Assembly: GCF_004010195.1 (NCBI RefSeq)
Contig: NC_057728.1
Span: forward strand, 43,431,989 to 43,495,988
Reading direction: 5' to 3'
DNA: 64,000 bases
Origin: Chiloscyllium plagiosum
Taxonomy: Eukaryota
Part shown: in pieces, positions 52,368 to 63,735 of the stretch
How positions within the stretch are numbered: the stretch's first letter is position 1
How the letters are laid out: each line of letters starts with the position of its first letter
The notes under the pieces: model-generated
The model's input: the letters and a program-made list of their open reading frames with translations, nothing else
Told to the model about the DNA's origin: nothing
The model's database searches: none
Program-made: the position numbers and the translations under genes

Positions 52368-54860
52368 CATAGAACATAGAACAGTACAGCACTGGAAAAG
52401 GTCCTTTGGCCTACCATATCTGTGGCGACTATGATGCCAATCTAATTAATCCCTGCACATGGTTCATATTCTTCTCTGCTCTGCCTGTTCATGTGCCTGT
52501 CTAAATATCTCTTGAATGTTGCTATCATATCTGTTTCTACTATTTTCACTTGCAGCATGTTTGAGGTACCTATCACCATCTGTGCAAAAGTCTTGCCTTG
52601 CACATCTCCTTTACACTTTCCTCTTTCTCACTTTAAACCTATGCCCTACGTATTTGATATCTCCACCCTCAAAAAAATTCTCTGCCTATACACGCTATTC
52701 ATGCCTCTCAAAATTTTATAAATTTCTATCAGGTCGCACCGCACTAACTCACCCCCCTCCCCTCCACCACAGCCTCCAATATTCTATCAAAAACAATCGA
52801 AGTCTGTCCAAACTCTCCTTACAGCTAGTATACTCAAATACAGGCAACATCACAGTAAACATATTTTGCAGCCTCTGCAAGGCCTCCACATCCTTCCATT
52901 GTGTGGCAACCAGAACTGCACACAATACTCCAAAAGTGGTCTAACTAATGTTTATTACAGCTGTAACATGACTTGCCAGCTCTTCCACACAATGTCCCAA
53001 CCATGAAGGCAAGTATTCCGTATGCCTTCTTTACCACTTTATCCACCTGTATTGCCACTTTCAGGGAGTTACAGACTTGCACCCCAAGATCTCCTCATAT
53101 ATCTTCCCAGGTTCCTGCCATTTACTGTATACTTGTCTCTTGCATTTGACCTCCCACTTGTCCAGATTAAACTCCATCTGCCATTTCTCTGCCCAATTTT
53201 TCAACTGATCTATATCCTGCTGTAACTTTGACAACCTTCTTCACGAACCATAACTCTGCCAATTTTTGTGTCATTTGCTAACTTACTAATCAGATCAACT
53301 AAAATTTCATTCAAATATATATATATGAAGTTCCAGCAATGACCCTTGTTGAATACCACTGGTCATAGACCTTCAGTCAGCAAAACACACCTCGACACAT
53401 ACTTGTCTTCTATGACCAAATCAATTTGTATCTACTTACCAACTCACTGTGGATCCCATGTGACTTAATCTTCATGCTTTAGTAAAGTCCACTTAACAAC
53501 ATCAACAACATCAGTCATCATCATCACTTCCTCTAAAAACTCAATTACATTTGAGACGAGACCTCCCTGTAAAAGTCATGTTGACAATCCCTAATAAATC
53601 AATTCTTTTCTAAATGTGAATGAATCTTGTATCTAAGAATCTTCTCCAATAATTTCTCTACCACTGATGTAAGGCTCACTGGCCTATGATATCCAAGATT
53701 ATCCCTGTAGCTCTTCTTAAACAACAGAACAACATTGGTTATTCTCCAATCTTCCAGGACATTGCCTGCAGATAAAGAGAACACAAAAATCTTTGTCAAG
53801 GCCTCAACGATCTCCTCCCTTGCCTCACTCAGTATCCTGTGATATATCCAATCAGGGCCACAATATTTTTCAAGGCCCCAACACCTCCTCCTTCTTAATA
53901 CTGACATACCCTAGATTATCAACATACCCTTCCCTAATCCATTTCCTTTTGCTTGATGAATACCAATGCAAAGTACTCATTAAGAATCTCATCCATTTCC
54001 CCTGGCTCCACACATAAGTTTCCTCCTTTGTCCATGAGTGGACCTACCCTTTTTCTAGTTATCCTGTTGCTGTTAATATTGATACAAAATGCCGAGAGTT
54101 CCTCTTTAATCTAATTGCCAAGGGTATTTCATTGCCCCTTTTAGAGCATCCTAATTACTTGTTTAAGTTCTTTCCTGCTTTCCTTATATTCATCAGCAGC
54201 CTTGTCTGATTTGAGTTTCCGAAACCTAACATAGGCTTCCATTTTCTTTTTGATTAAATTTTCAATAACTCTTATCATTCAGGGTTCCTGAATCTTGACA
54301 TCCTTATTTTTCAACATGTCTCATCAGCTAAGGCTCCCAAATCCTTCCGTCCTTCTTTTTCATCTTCACAGGGATATGCTGGCTCTGAATCCTCATCAAC
54401 TGGCCTTTAAATGACCCCCACATCAGATATGGATTTACCTTCAAAAAGCACATTCCATCTAATTTCTTCAGTTCCTCCCTGATATTGTTGTAAGCAGTGC
54501 AATTTACAACTTTCACCCAAAGACCAGTCTTATCATTTCCATAACTATTTTAAAACTTGCAGAATTATGATCACTGTTCCAAAAATGCTTCTCACTGAAA
54601 CTGTGATCACCTGGCCAGGTTCATTCCCCAATACAAGTTTCAGCACAGTCCCTTCCCTCGTTGGACTGTCTACAACTTGTTTCAGGAAAACTCCCCTGGA
54701 TACATGTAACAAATTCTGCTCCATCCAAGCCTCTGGCACAAAGGGAGACCAAGTAAATATTAGGGAAGTTAAACCACTCACTACAACAACCTGTTGTTTT
54801 TACACCTTTCCATTATCTGCCAATATATCTATTCCTCTATCTCCCACTAGCTAGCAGGAG
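52368..54860 (-). mobile_element. Decayed CR1 ORF2
   Basis: YHRPVSLTSVV, PTREGTVLKLVLGN; CATAGAACATAGAA tail. Confidence 0.88.
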
Positions 54861-55314
54861 GCCATATCCCACGAAAAAAAGTTTGAAAGGGATGATGCAA
54901 TTATGTGAAATAAGCTGGCATTACACTTTTGGGAATTTGGGTGAGAGTGAAAGGTTTAATTTTCAAAACTTAGAATTCTCTTTGATTTGTGTCATTTCTC
55001 TTTCCCTGAGCTAAAAAAGCTCCACTGTTCCTAATACACTGGTAAAAGTAGTACACTAATTTCAGAAATGTGGCATGAGTTTACTGATTAAGGGATATTG
55101 GGGTTGTCAATATGTAAGACAGACAGGTAGGATATTTCCAGCAGTAATATGAGGAAGGGCCAATTAGGGGCTGGAAGGTTGGGAAGTTGGCTAAATAAAG
55201 ATGGTGCAATGTTTGAAATGAGGTCAGTCAGATGGATTTCATAGAATGAGTACATGATTGGGCCGTTAACCTAGTCCAATCAGGGAATCCTAGCTGACAG
55301 ATATAAGCAGGACT

Positions 55315-55737
55315 AAAAAGGAGCACGCGGTGTCCACTGACACCCTGGAGTTGTTCAGGGAGAGGTGGGCGCCGCAGGGAGTGGAGTGCATTATTTCTCC
55401 CTCCAATTCTATTTTGATTTAGTCCCTACCCTCCCCTTCACTGTTTTGATCACACAGCACTGCCCTTTGATGTGAAGGGCAGTGTTTGTCACTGGCCACT
55501 CGGGTTTTTCCTTTCTTCCTGGTGGTGGAAATTTGAATAAAAATTTGTGCACCTTGTGTCTTTCACTGTGTCTCACACCTGCACACACACAACATGGGTG
55601 CTGGGGCAAATAAGCACTTCTGCAGTTGGCGGTAGTGTAGGGTTTTAAGAAAAAATAAACAGGTGTGTCAGAGGAAAAGAAAATGGAGTGTTTTCAACTC
55701 TGAAAGCTGGTTCTGAGGGAGCTGGATCAAAAAAAAA
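55315..55737 (+). mobile_element. Tx1-clade LINE 3' end, copy 1, with transduced LTR piece
   Basis: KEHAVSTDTLELFRERWAPQGVECIISPSNSILI* then 3'UTR and A-rich tail; flanked by GCAGGACT at 55307-55314 and 55738-55745. Confidence 0.85.
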
Positions 55738-55745
55738 GCAGGACT

Positions 55746-56237
55746 AAAAAGGAACACGCGGTCTCCACAGACACCCTGGAATTGTTCAGGGAGAGGTAAG
55801 CGTGCAGGGAGTGCAGTGCATTATTTCCCCCTTCAACTCTACTTTGATTTAATCCCTGCCCTCCCCTTCATTGTTTGATCACGCAGCATTGCCCTTTGAT
55901 GTGAAGGGCACGACTTGTCACTGGCCGCTTGGGTGTTTCTTTTCTTCCTGGTGGTGGAAATTTGAATAAAGATTCGTGCACCTTGTATCTTTCACTGTGT
56001 CTCACACCTGCACACACACAACACGGGTGATGGGGAAAAAAAATAACCACTACCCCAGTTAGGTGGTAGTGTGAGGGTAAAGAAAACAGGGGTGTCAAAG
56101 CTTCTGTTTAAAAAAAACAGGAGTGTTATATATCTTGTTCACTCTGAGAGCTGACTCTGAGGGAAGGGGTCTCTGCATAAAAATAAAGGATGACTTGGTG
56201 ACTGGATACCAGCATCTGTGGAGATAAAAAAAAATAA
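55746..56237 (+). mobile_element. Tx1-clade LINE 3' end, copy 2, with transduced LTR piece
   Basis: Same ORF end and 3'UTR; followed by GCAGGACT at 56238-56245. Confidence 0.85.
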
Positions 56238-56245
56238 GCAGGACT

Positions 56246-56704
56246 ATCCCCTCTTCCGCGGTTATGTTAGAGCCCAGGAGTCTCTGGAGAAGGAGCATGT
56301 GGTGTCCACCGACACCCTGGAGTTGTTCAGGGAGAGGTGGGCGCCACATGGAGAAGAGTGCAATATTTCCCCCTCCAACTCTATTTTGATTTAATCCCTG
56401 CCCTCCCCTTCACTGTTTGATCACACAGCATTGCCCTTTGATGTGAAGGGCACTGCTCTTCACTGGCCACTCGGGTGTTTCCTTTCTTCCTGGTGGTGGA
56501 AATCTGAATAAAGATTCGTGCACCTTGTGTCTTTCACTGTGTCTCACACACCTGCACACACACAACATGGGAGCTGGGGAAAAAATAAGCACTACCACAG
56601 TTAGGTGGTAGTGTGGGGGTAAACAAAAGGGGTAAAAAACAGAGGTGTAAGAAAAGAAAAAAAAAACAGGAGTGTCAGGGGTTCTGTTTACTCTGAAAAA
56701 AAAA
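56246..56704 (+). mobile_element. Tx1-clade LINE 3' end, copy 3 (longest), with transduced LTR piece
   Basis: 56248-56394 reads PLFRGYVRAQESLEKEHVVSTDTLELFRERWAPHGEECNISPSNSILI*; followed by GCAGGACTGTCA at 56705-56716. Confidence 0.87.
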
Positions 56705-56716
56705 GCAGGACTGTCA

Positions 56717-56960
56717 CGTGCACCTTGTCTCTTTCACTGTGTCTCACACCTGCACATACACAACATGGGTGCTGGGGAAAATAAAGAGGAGAAAATTAAC
56801 AAGAGTGTCAAATATCCTGCTCACTCTGAAAGCTGGCTCTGAAGGAGCTGGATCAGTGTCAAGAACTCTCCATGTGTAAAGAAAGGGTGACTTGGTGATG
56901 GGATACTGGCCTTCATGTAGTTTTTTTTCAGTAAGTATCAGAATTTATGGTTAAAAAAAA
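56717..56960 (+). mobile_element. Tx1-clade LINE 3'UTR only, copy 4, with transduced LTR end and flank
   Basis: Starts within the 3'UTR (CGTGCACC); perfect 12-bp TSD GCAGGACTGTCA at 56705-56716 and 56961-56972. Confidence 0.85.
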
Positions 56961-59900
56961 GCAGGACTGTCAAGGGTTCTGCTCATTCTAGGAGCCAGCT
57001 CTATGTTAGCTGGGTCAATGTCATGTACTAAACACGTATAACTAAAGGTGACTTGGTGATGGCACACTGGCCTTCATGGAATTATTTTAGTGGCAATGAG
57101 AGAAAAACACGCCCCTAAAAAGAATCACTCACAACAGTTGTCTTTGAATTAGGGTAAGTATTTCTCACATCATGCCACTATTTGGGAAGATTGACTTGTC
57201 TGATCCTACTGTGGTGGACTGGGCCCAGTATGTGGAAGGAATGCTTTATTCTTACCAGGCAAATAACATTGGGGCAGATGAAAAGCAATGAATAATTCTC
57301 CTGACAGCATGTGGACCCTCAGCTTTCATGGTTACTAGGAGCCTAACTTTCCTTAAGGCGCCAGATAAGAAAACCTTTCAAGATTTGACAGATTTAGCTG
57401 AGGGATATTAGGGCCAAAAGCCTTCTCTAATTCTGAGATGCTATCAGTTTTACTTGACAGCTTGAGAACGAGGAGAATCTGTATCGAGATTTTTGAGATA
57501 AAAATGACTGGCAGAGACATTTAATTTTGTTTAACGCTTAAGTGAGATGCTGAGAGACCATTCGGTGTGTGGGATTAATCATGTGTCCATGCAAAATCAC
57601 TTATTAGCTGAAGCCCAACTGAACTTCAGTCAGGCTTCAGCCAGGCTGAGAACCTATACTGGGAAACTCCCACAGATTAAGGCTATAATTTTGGTTCCAA
57701 TCTGTTATAAGAAGCAGCCGGTTCATTTACAACTGATTGTAGTAAAAGCCTCAGATCCAACCTTGATGGGGCGACATTGGTTCAGAAAGATTCAACTTGA
57801 TTGGCTCAACATTTTTCAGTTAGAAAATGGCTCCCTGAGTGAAGTCCTAATTAAATATCCAGAGATTTTTCAGGGTCGTCTCGGGACTATTAAAAGGGCC
57901 AAGGCCACCTTACATGTTGAACAAGAAGCAATTCTATGATTCTGCAAAGTCCACCCAATGCCATTTGCCTTATATGCAAAAGTAGAGGCAGAAAATGGGA
58001 GGCTGGAAAGTGAAGGAATCATCGAACCAGTACAGTTTGCAGAATGGAAGGCACCGGTCATATAGATTATGAAGCCTCATAAGTCTATTCACCTTTGTGG
58101 GGATTTCAAACAAAGGGTGAACTGCTTTTTGCAGCTGGATAAATACCCAATCCCTTACATTAAGGACGTATCTGTAAAACTGGCCAGAAGGCTGTCCTTC
58201 ACGAAGTTGGACATGAGCCATTCTTACCTGTAATTGCAATTGGATAAGGATTCCTAGAAGTATGCTACAATTAATACCATAAGGGTTTGTACGAATATAT
58301 GAGACTGCCTTTTGGGTTGTCAACAGTGAGTGCCATTTTCCATTGGATGATGGAGAACATTTTACAATGTTTACCCCAGGTCGTCATTTATCTGGATGAC
58401 ATGTAAATAACTGGGAAGACCAATAAAGAGGATCTAGACAATTTGGACAAAGTAGTTAGATGTTTCTCTAAGGCTGGGGTACGCCTTGGGAGGGAAAAGT
58501 GTGTTCCAGGCATTCCAAATGACCTACTTGGACTACAGAGTCGATGAGACTGGGTTATACCCATTGGAGGGTGAAGTGGGGTCAACCAAAGGTGGCTCGG
58601 CTCCCACGTCTGTACGAGAACTTAGGTCTTTCGTCGAGTTGGTGAATTATTACGGACAATTCATACATAATCTGGTCTCCATCCTGACACCCCTACATTT
58701 GCCATTGAGAAAGGGTTAGCCTTTGAAGTGGTCTCGTATCCTTTAGGAAGTGAAGATGCAACTATCATTATCTAAGATGTTGGCACATTACAATCCCAAG
58801 TGAGATTTGGCGCTGACATGCGATGCCTCCCCATATGGTATCAGTTCACAGCTCGCTCAGTAGGGAGGAACACCCAAAAGTATTTGCTCCCCAGAATTTG
58901 ACTGATGCTAAATTAAAATATGCCCATGTAGAGAAGGAAGGTTTGGCGGTCATCTTTGGTGTGACAAAGTTCCATTAATATCTTTACCGACTTAAATTTG
59001 TAATAGTCGTGGACAATAAACCTCTACTAGGGCTACTTAAAGAGAACCATAGCATCAGGTCAAATACAGCACTGGTTCTTATTCTGAGTGTGTACAATTA
59101 CAAGTTGGAACACTGTCTTGGTGGCCAAGTGGCAAATGTGGATACCTTGAGCCCCCCTCCCATTGATTGTTAACACCACTGGTGGTGCTGCCACCACAAG
59201 AGTCTGTTCTGGTTTTAAACTTTCTGGACACCGTCCTGGTTGAAACAAACAGAATCAAATTAAAACAATTGATGATGGAGTCAAGAAAAGGGCCATCACA
59301 ATCAGAATTGAAACCCTTTTGGACCCAGATAGAGCAGATCTCAGTAGGGGATGGCATACTATTATGGGGCGCAAGAGTGATGGTCGCTGCCAGATACTGG
59401 CTGAACACACCAGGCTCATCCAGGGTTTTCCAAAATGAAGATGCTGATGACAAGTATGTCTGGTAGCTAGGACTGGATGCTGGCATAGTGGCGCAGTGCC
59501 CAGAATGCCAACAAGGACAAAGATTACTGCCAGCAGCTCCCACGCATTCCTGGGAATGGCCAGGTAAACCACTGGACTTGATTACACGTCAACTATGCAG
59601 TTCGATTCATGGACTCTATGTTCTTAGTTATTGTGGACACCATAAAAACTGGCTGGATGTGCACAAAGTCCATTCATCAAACACGGGGATGACAACTGAA
59701 AAGCTGCGAGCACCTTTTGCGGTACACAGACTCTTGGAGGTGTTGGTCACAGTCAATGCAGGGAATTTGGGAAATACTCAAAGTCAAATGGCATTCAACA
59801 TGTGACGACAGCTCCATACCATCCATCATCCAATGATCTGGCAGAAAGACCAGTCCAAACTTTGAAGACAGGCTTAAAGAAACAGCCTAGAGCTTCACTT

Positions 59901-60825
59901 GATACCAAACTGTCCTGGTTCCTGTTTGATTACAGGACCACCCTCACACAATTACAGGGATAGCTCCAGCAGAGTTGCTCATAGGGAAAAGACTTTGTAC
60001 CAGGTCAATCTTGATCTTCTCGGACTTGGAGAGGAGGGTGAAATGGCATCAGGAACGCCAATGCTGGACACAAGACTCCTCTACGCAAGAGAGGAAGGTT
60101 ATTTCAGGGAACAAAATTTGGTATCAAAACCAGGAAATGGCCCTGCATGGGTAAGAGGCATGTTCAACATGTGGTCAGGTACCATGACATACAAAGTTTG
60201 GGTAGAAAAAGTAGTAGAGACACACTCAGAATAAGAACCCGCTGCTGTATTTGACCTGAAGCTGTGGTTCTCTTTAAGTATCCCTCGTAGAGGTTTGTTG
60301 TCCATTACTATTACAAATTTTAAGTCAGTAAAGATATTAATGGAACTTTGTCACACCCAAGATGACTGCCAAACCTTCCTTCTCTACCTGGGCACACAAC
60401 TACATGAAAACTGCAACCTTACAAACCGGGCAGGAGCAAAACACTCGGCCCCTCAGGACATCCAGCAAGGCTGTTAGAAACTGGGAGTTCTTCCCCTCCA
60501 CCTAGCGTCGAAAAAAATCTGAGGACGAGATGGACAAGCAGATGATGCCGTAATCGCCTGAAGATGAGTTTCAGCCAAGACACTCCTGGTGCAAGTGGTA
60601 GGCTACGGTCTGGTACATGCCACCAATATCTGAGGCAGAGTCGGAGAATTTGGACCCAGTGCAAAAACGTCCCAGGAGAAGCTACAGGAAAAAGAACAGA
60701 CCTATATCCCAGGACTTAGAGGGGAAGGGATATAATGATTGGAACAAGGTCTGCCAGGTGAATCTTATAGAATATAGATTGGAGCTGCTAATCAGTTCCT
60801 AGCTGACAAATATAAACAGAAGTGT

Positions 60826-61365
60826 TCCCCCAACCAATTCTATTTTGATTTAATCCCTACCTTCTCCCTTGACTTTCTTCATGTAAGCATACCCTTATTG
60901 GACTTTGCTTGTTACTGGTTCACTGGCAGAAAGTGAGGACTGCAGATGCTGGAGATCAGAGCTGAAAAATATGTTGCTGGAAAAGCGCAGAGGAGCAGGA
61001 GAATCGACGTTTCGGGCATAAGCCCTTCTTCAGGAATGAGGAAGGTGTGTCAAGCGTGCTAAGATAAAAGGTAGGGAGGAGGGACTTGGGGGAGGGGCGT
61101 TGGGAATGCGATAGGTGGAAGGAGATTAAGGTGAGGGTGATAGGCCGGAGAGGTCGGGAAGAAGATTGCAGGTCAAGAAGGCGGTGCTGAGTTCACTGGC
61201 ACATGGCAGCTTTCCTGGTGGTGGAAATATTGAATAAAGGTTTTTATATATGGTGTCTTCATACTGCGTCACTGCACATATGCACACACAACATAGGTGT
61301 TGTGGGAGGAGAAAATAAGAACTACCGCTGTACAGTGTAGTAAAAATAAGAAAAACTAAATAAAA
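60826..61365 (+). mobile_element. Tx1-clade LINE 3' end, copy 5, in the 3' LTR (interrupted by a PLE)
   Basis: Starts SPTNSILI* right after TATAAACAGAAGTGT; same 3'UTR but more diverged; LTR resumes AGGAATGTCAGGGGTTCTGCTC. Confidence 0.82.
60929..61190 (-). mobile_element. Short PLE 3' terminus with intact hammerhead motif
   Basis: Perfect TSD GTTCACTGGCA at 60918-60928 and 61191-61201; minus strand CTGAAGAAGGGCTTATGCCCGAAACGTC (61006-61033). Confidence 0.88.
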
Positions 61366-61639
61366 AGGAATGTCAGGGGTTCTGCTCATTTTAGGAGCCG
61401 GCTCTGTGTTAGCTGGGTCAGTATTATTTACTATGTACATGTAAATAAAGAGTGACTTGTGATGGAATACAGGCCTTCATGGAGTTATTTCAGATGGCAG
61501 ATGAATCATAGTCATTTTAAATGGAAGTCTGCAGTATTCAGGCATGCTGCAGAGAAAAGATTCAAAGGAAGTGGTATAGATTAATGGTCATTCCAGAGAA
61601 ATTGCTTCAACTAAAGAAATCACTTCAAAATCCAGTGAT

Positions 61640-61790
61640 GCTGCAAAGGAAGGACGTCCTAAATCGAACACTCAAGAAGAGGAGGCAAGCAAGCCTAATG
61701 AAGAAAGCATAGGTGAAAATAGCAGGGGAAGTCCGTAGCAGAGAAGTGGCTGCAAGAATATGAATTCAAAACCAAATAAATTTTATGTGC
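61640..61790 (+). pseudogene. Harbinger-type Myb/SANT DNA-binding ORF relic
   Basis: LQRKDVLNRTLKKRRQASLMKKA*VKIAGEVRSREVAARI*IQ; stops fall at the two conserved Trp positions. Confidence 0.65.
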
Positions 61791-63439
61791 TTTTGCTGTC
61801 TTGAAAGATAGTGGCACTTAAGACCACATACTGGAAACACAACATGAATTAACCAGCCCATGAAATAAGAGACTAATGCATGAGGCAATACCAAACACCA
61901 ACACTGTAACTAAACTGGCTAGATCATAGTCAGAGATCAGTGAACACTATGTTTGGATGGTTAAAAATGCACCACACGATACCACTCAAATAATTTATGT
62001 TTACAGTCCCTCAGTGTGACAAGCATTGATAAGCAATGAGATTGCAATGAGAGTACATATGTCAATGCTTTCTGAAAAGATTTGCTCACAATACAATAGG
62101 GCATTAATGCATGGGAGGTGGAGTGTTATTCATCAGGATGGTGACATCAGTGGAGGCAGAGGACATGGACCCTGGGTAAACTGCAACAGGGTAGACTGTC
62201 ACTGATGATGGGGTGGCTTTGGAGTCCTGTAAAGTGCTTACTGTCATTCATCATTCCTTTGACCATTAGCAAGCTATACAGAGTAGATTGTTGTTGCCAG
62301 AAGAAGTTTCAGATTAAGGGTCATGAGCCATCCTCACGGTTGATGGAACCATTGTTTCACTTAAATCAGGTCCCTCCAGCAGATACTGAGGTAGAGGAGG
62401 AAGAAATTAGACTTTTTAGTTCACTTCTCAGCTCAATTAATCTATTGTCATATCAGGACACTTCAATTTTATTCCATTGTATTCTCCATCAGTGCAAATA
62501 AACTCACATCAGTTGGTTTTGTTGTATATGTACAGATGAGGCATGACCTGCTGAACGTAACCGAGATGAACAGAAGGAAATAACAAAGGCAAAAACTGTT
62601 GTGGCCTCAGAGAAATGAGGAAAGGCCCAACCACACTCAGCTTCATGTAGATGAGGGACCTCAGGTACTATCAACAAAGCAGAAGTTTAAGGAGCAGCTT
62701 AAAATGTGTGAACATCTGTGAAGTTTCCATAGGCATTATATTCCCATCCACAAACATTGTAGATGTCCATCTATGCCATGAGTGGTGCCATGTTTCCACA
62801 TGACATTGAGAGGGGACAACACTTCTGATGAGATAAATGGACTATAGAACTGTGTGAATGTAATGCTGCACACAGACCTCCACAGCATGGCATCTTTCTT
62901 GGTGATAAGTATGTGGGATGGTCCAGTTACTCATCTTCCTTTTGCAACGGGTGACTCAGGGGTGCAAGGGAACAAGTAGAAGAGCTGTGAAAGGGCAGGC
63001 TGAAAGCAACAATGGTCTCTTTCAAGGCACTTTAATCTTGGAAGATGGATCCTTAACTTCTCTGATGATAACAACAAACATCAATGCTGATCCAATGATT
63101 GTATCAATCCTGCACAGATACAGATGGCATTAATTTGTCAGGGTCATGCATCATAGGGTGCTAACCACAGCCATCTCATTAATAAGAACAAAAATAGGTT
63201 GATGGCGACCATCACACCAACTATAGGTGTAGGGAAAGTATACCATAAAATTTACAGTAAGTCAACATTTAAATGCATGGCAAGGTACTCGGTATTTCAC
63301 TTGATGATAATTACTTGTTCAATGCAAAGGACTTTAATGTGCTGAAAATTAAAAGTCTTGTGATATAACTGATAATGACTTGTGAATATTGACAATGGCT
63401 ACATGTGCTGGATACTGTGCAAAGGTGAATGCCTTACAA

Positions 63440-63735
63440 TGCATGTTGACAGAAAACCTTGACATATGCTATGAAATTTATGATCGGACTTGACGAGGTA
63501 GATTCTGAGAGATTTCTCTTTAAGGATAATCTGGAACAAATTTCTTAGTAAGGCGCAGATTGTTTAAGACTGAGATGAGGGGAATTTTTTTAACGACCTG
63601 TGAACCTTTGGAATTCCCTACCCGAGACAGCTGAGGGCAGCAGGTGAGAAGTGAAGCCCTAGATCAGACACAATCATCTTGAATGGTAGCATAAGATTAA
63701 CACATAATGTGGTCTGCTGTTCCTCCTACTTCTTA
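63440..63735 (+). mobile_element. Old CR1 3' fragment
   Basis: FKTEMRGIF..VNLWNSLP and CR1 tail. Confidence 0.75.

Larger units (their letters stand above)
55205..61492 (+). mobile_element. Full-length degenerate Ty3/Gypsy (Mag-like) LTR retrotransposon
   Basis: Perfect TSD GATGG at 55200-55204 and 61493-61497; LTRs 55205-57089 and 60731-61492; PBS TGGCAATGAG (decayed TGGCGACGAG, tRNA-Ser); PPT AGAGGGGAAGGGA; gag MPLFGKID at 57172, RT YLDD ~58388, RNaseH CDASPYG ~58818, INT WEWPGKP ~59550. Confidence 0.93.

Noticed and set aside
55307..56972. CRISPR-like array or satellite (repeated GCAGGACT with spacers)
   Set aside because: Eukaryotic context; the repeats are TSDs and the spacers are homologous LINE 3' ends of unequal length
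63150..63430. Possible further Harbinger transposase relic (FNAKDFNVLKI)
   Set aside because: Similarity too weak to support without a profile search
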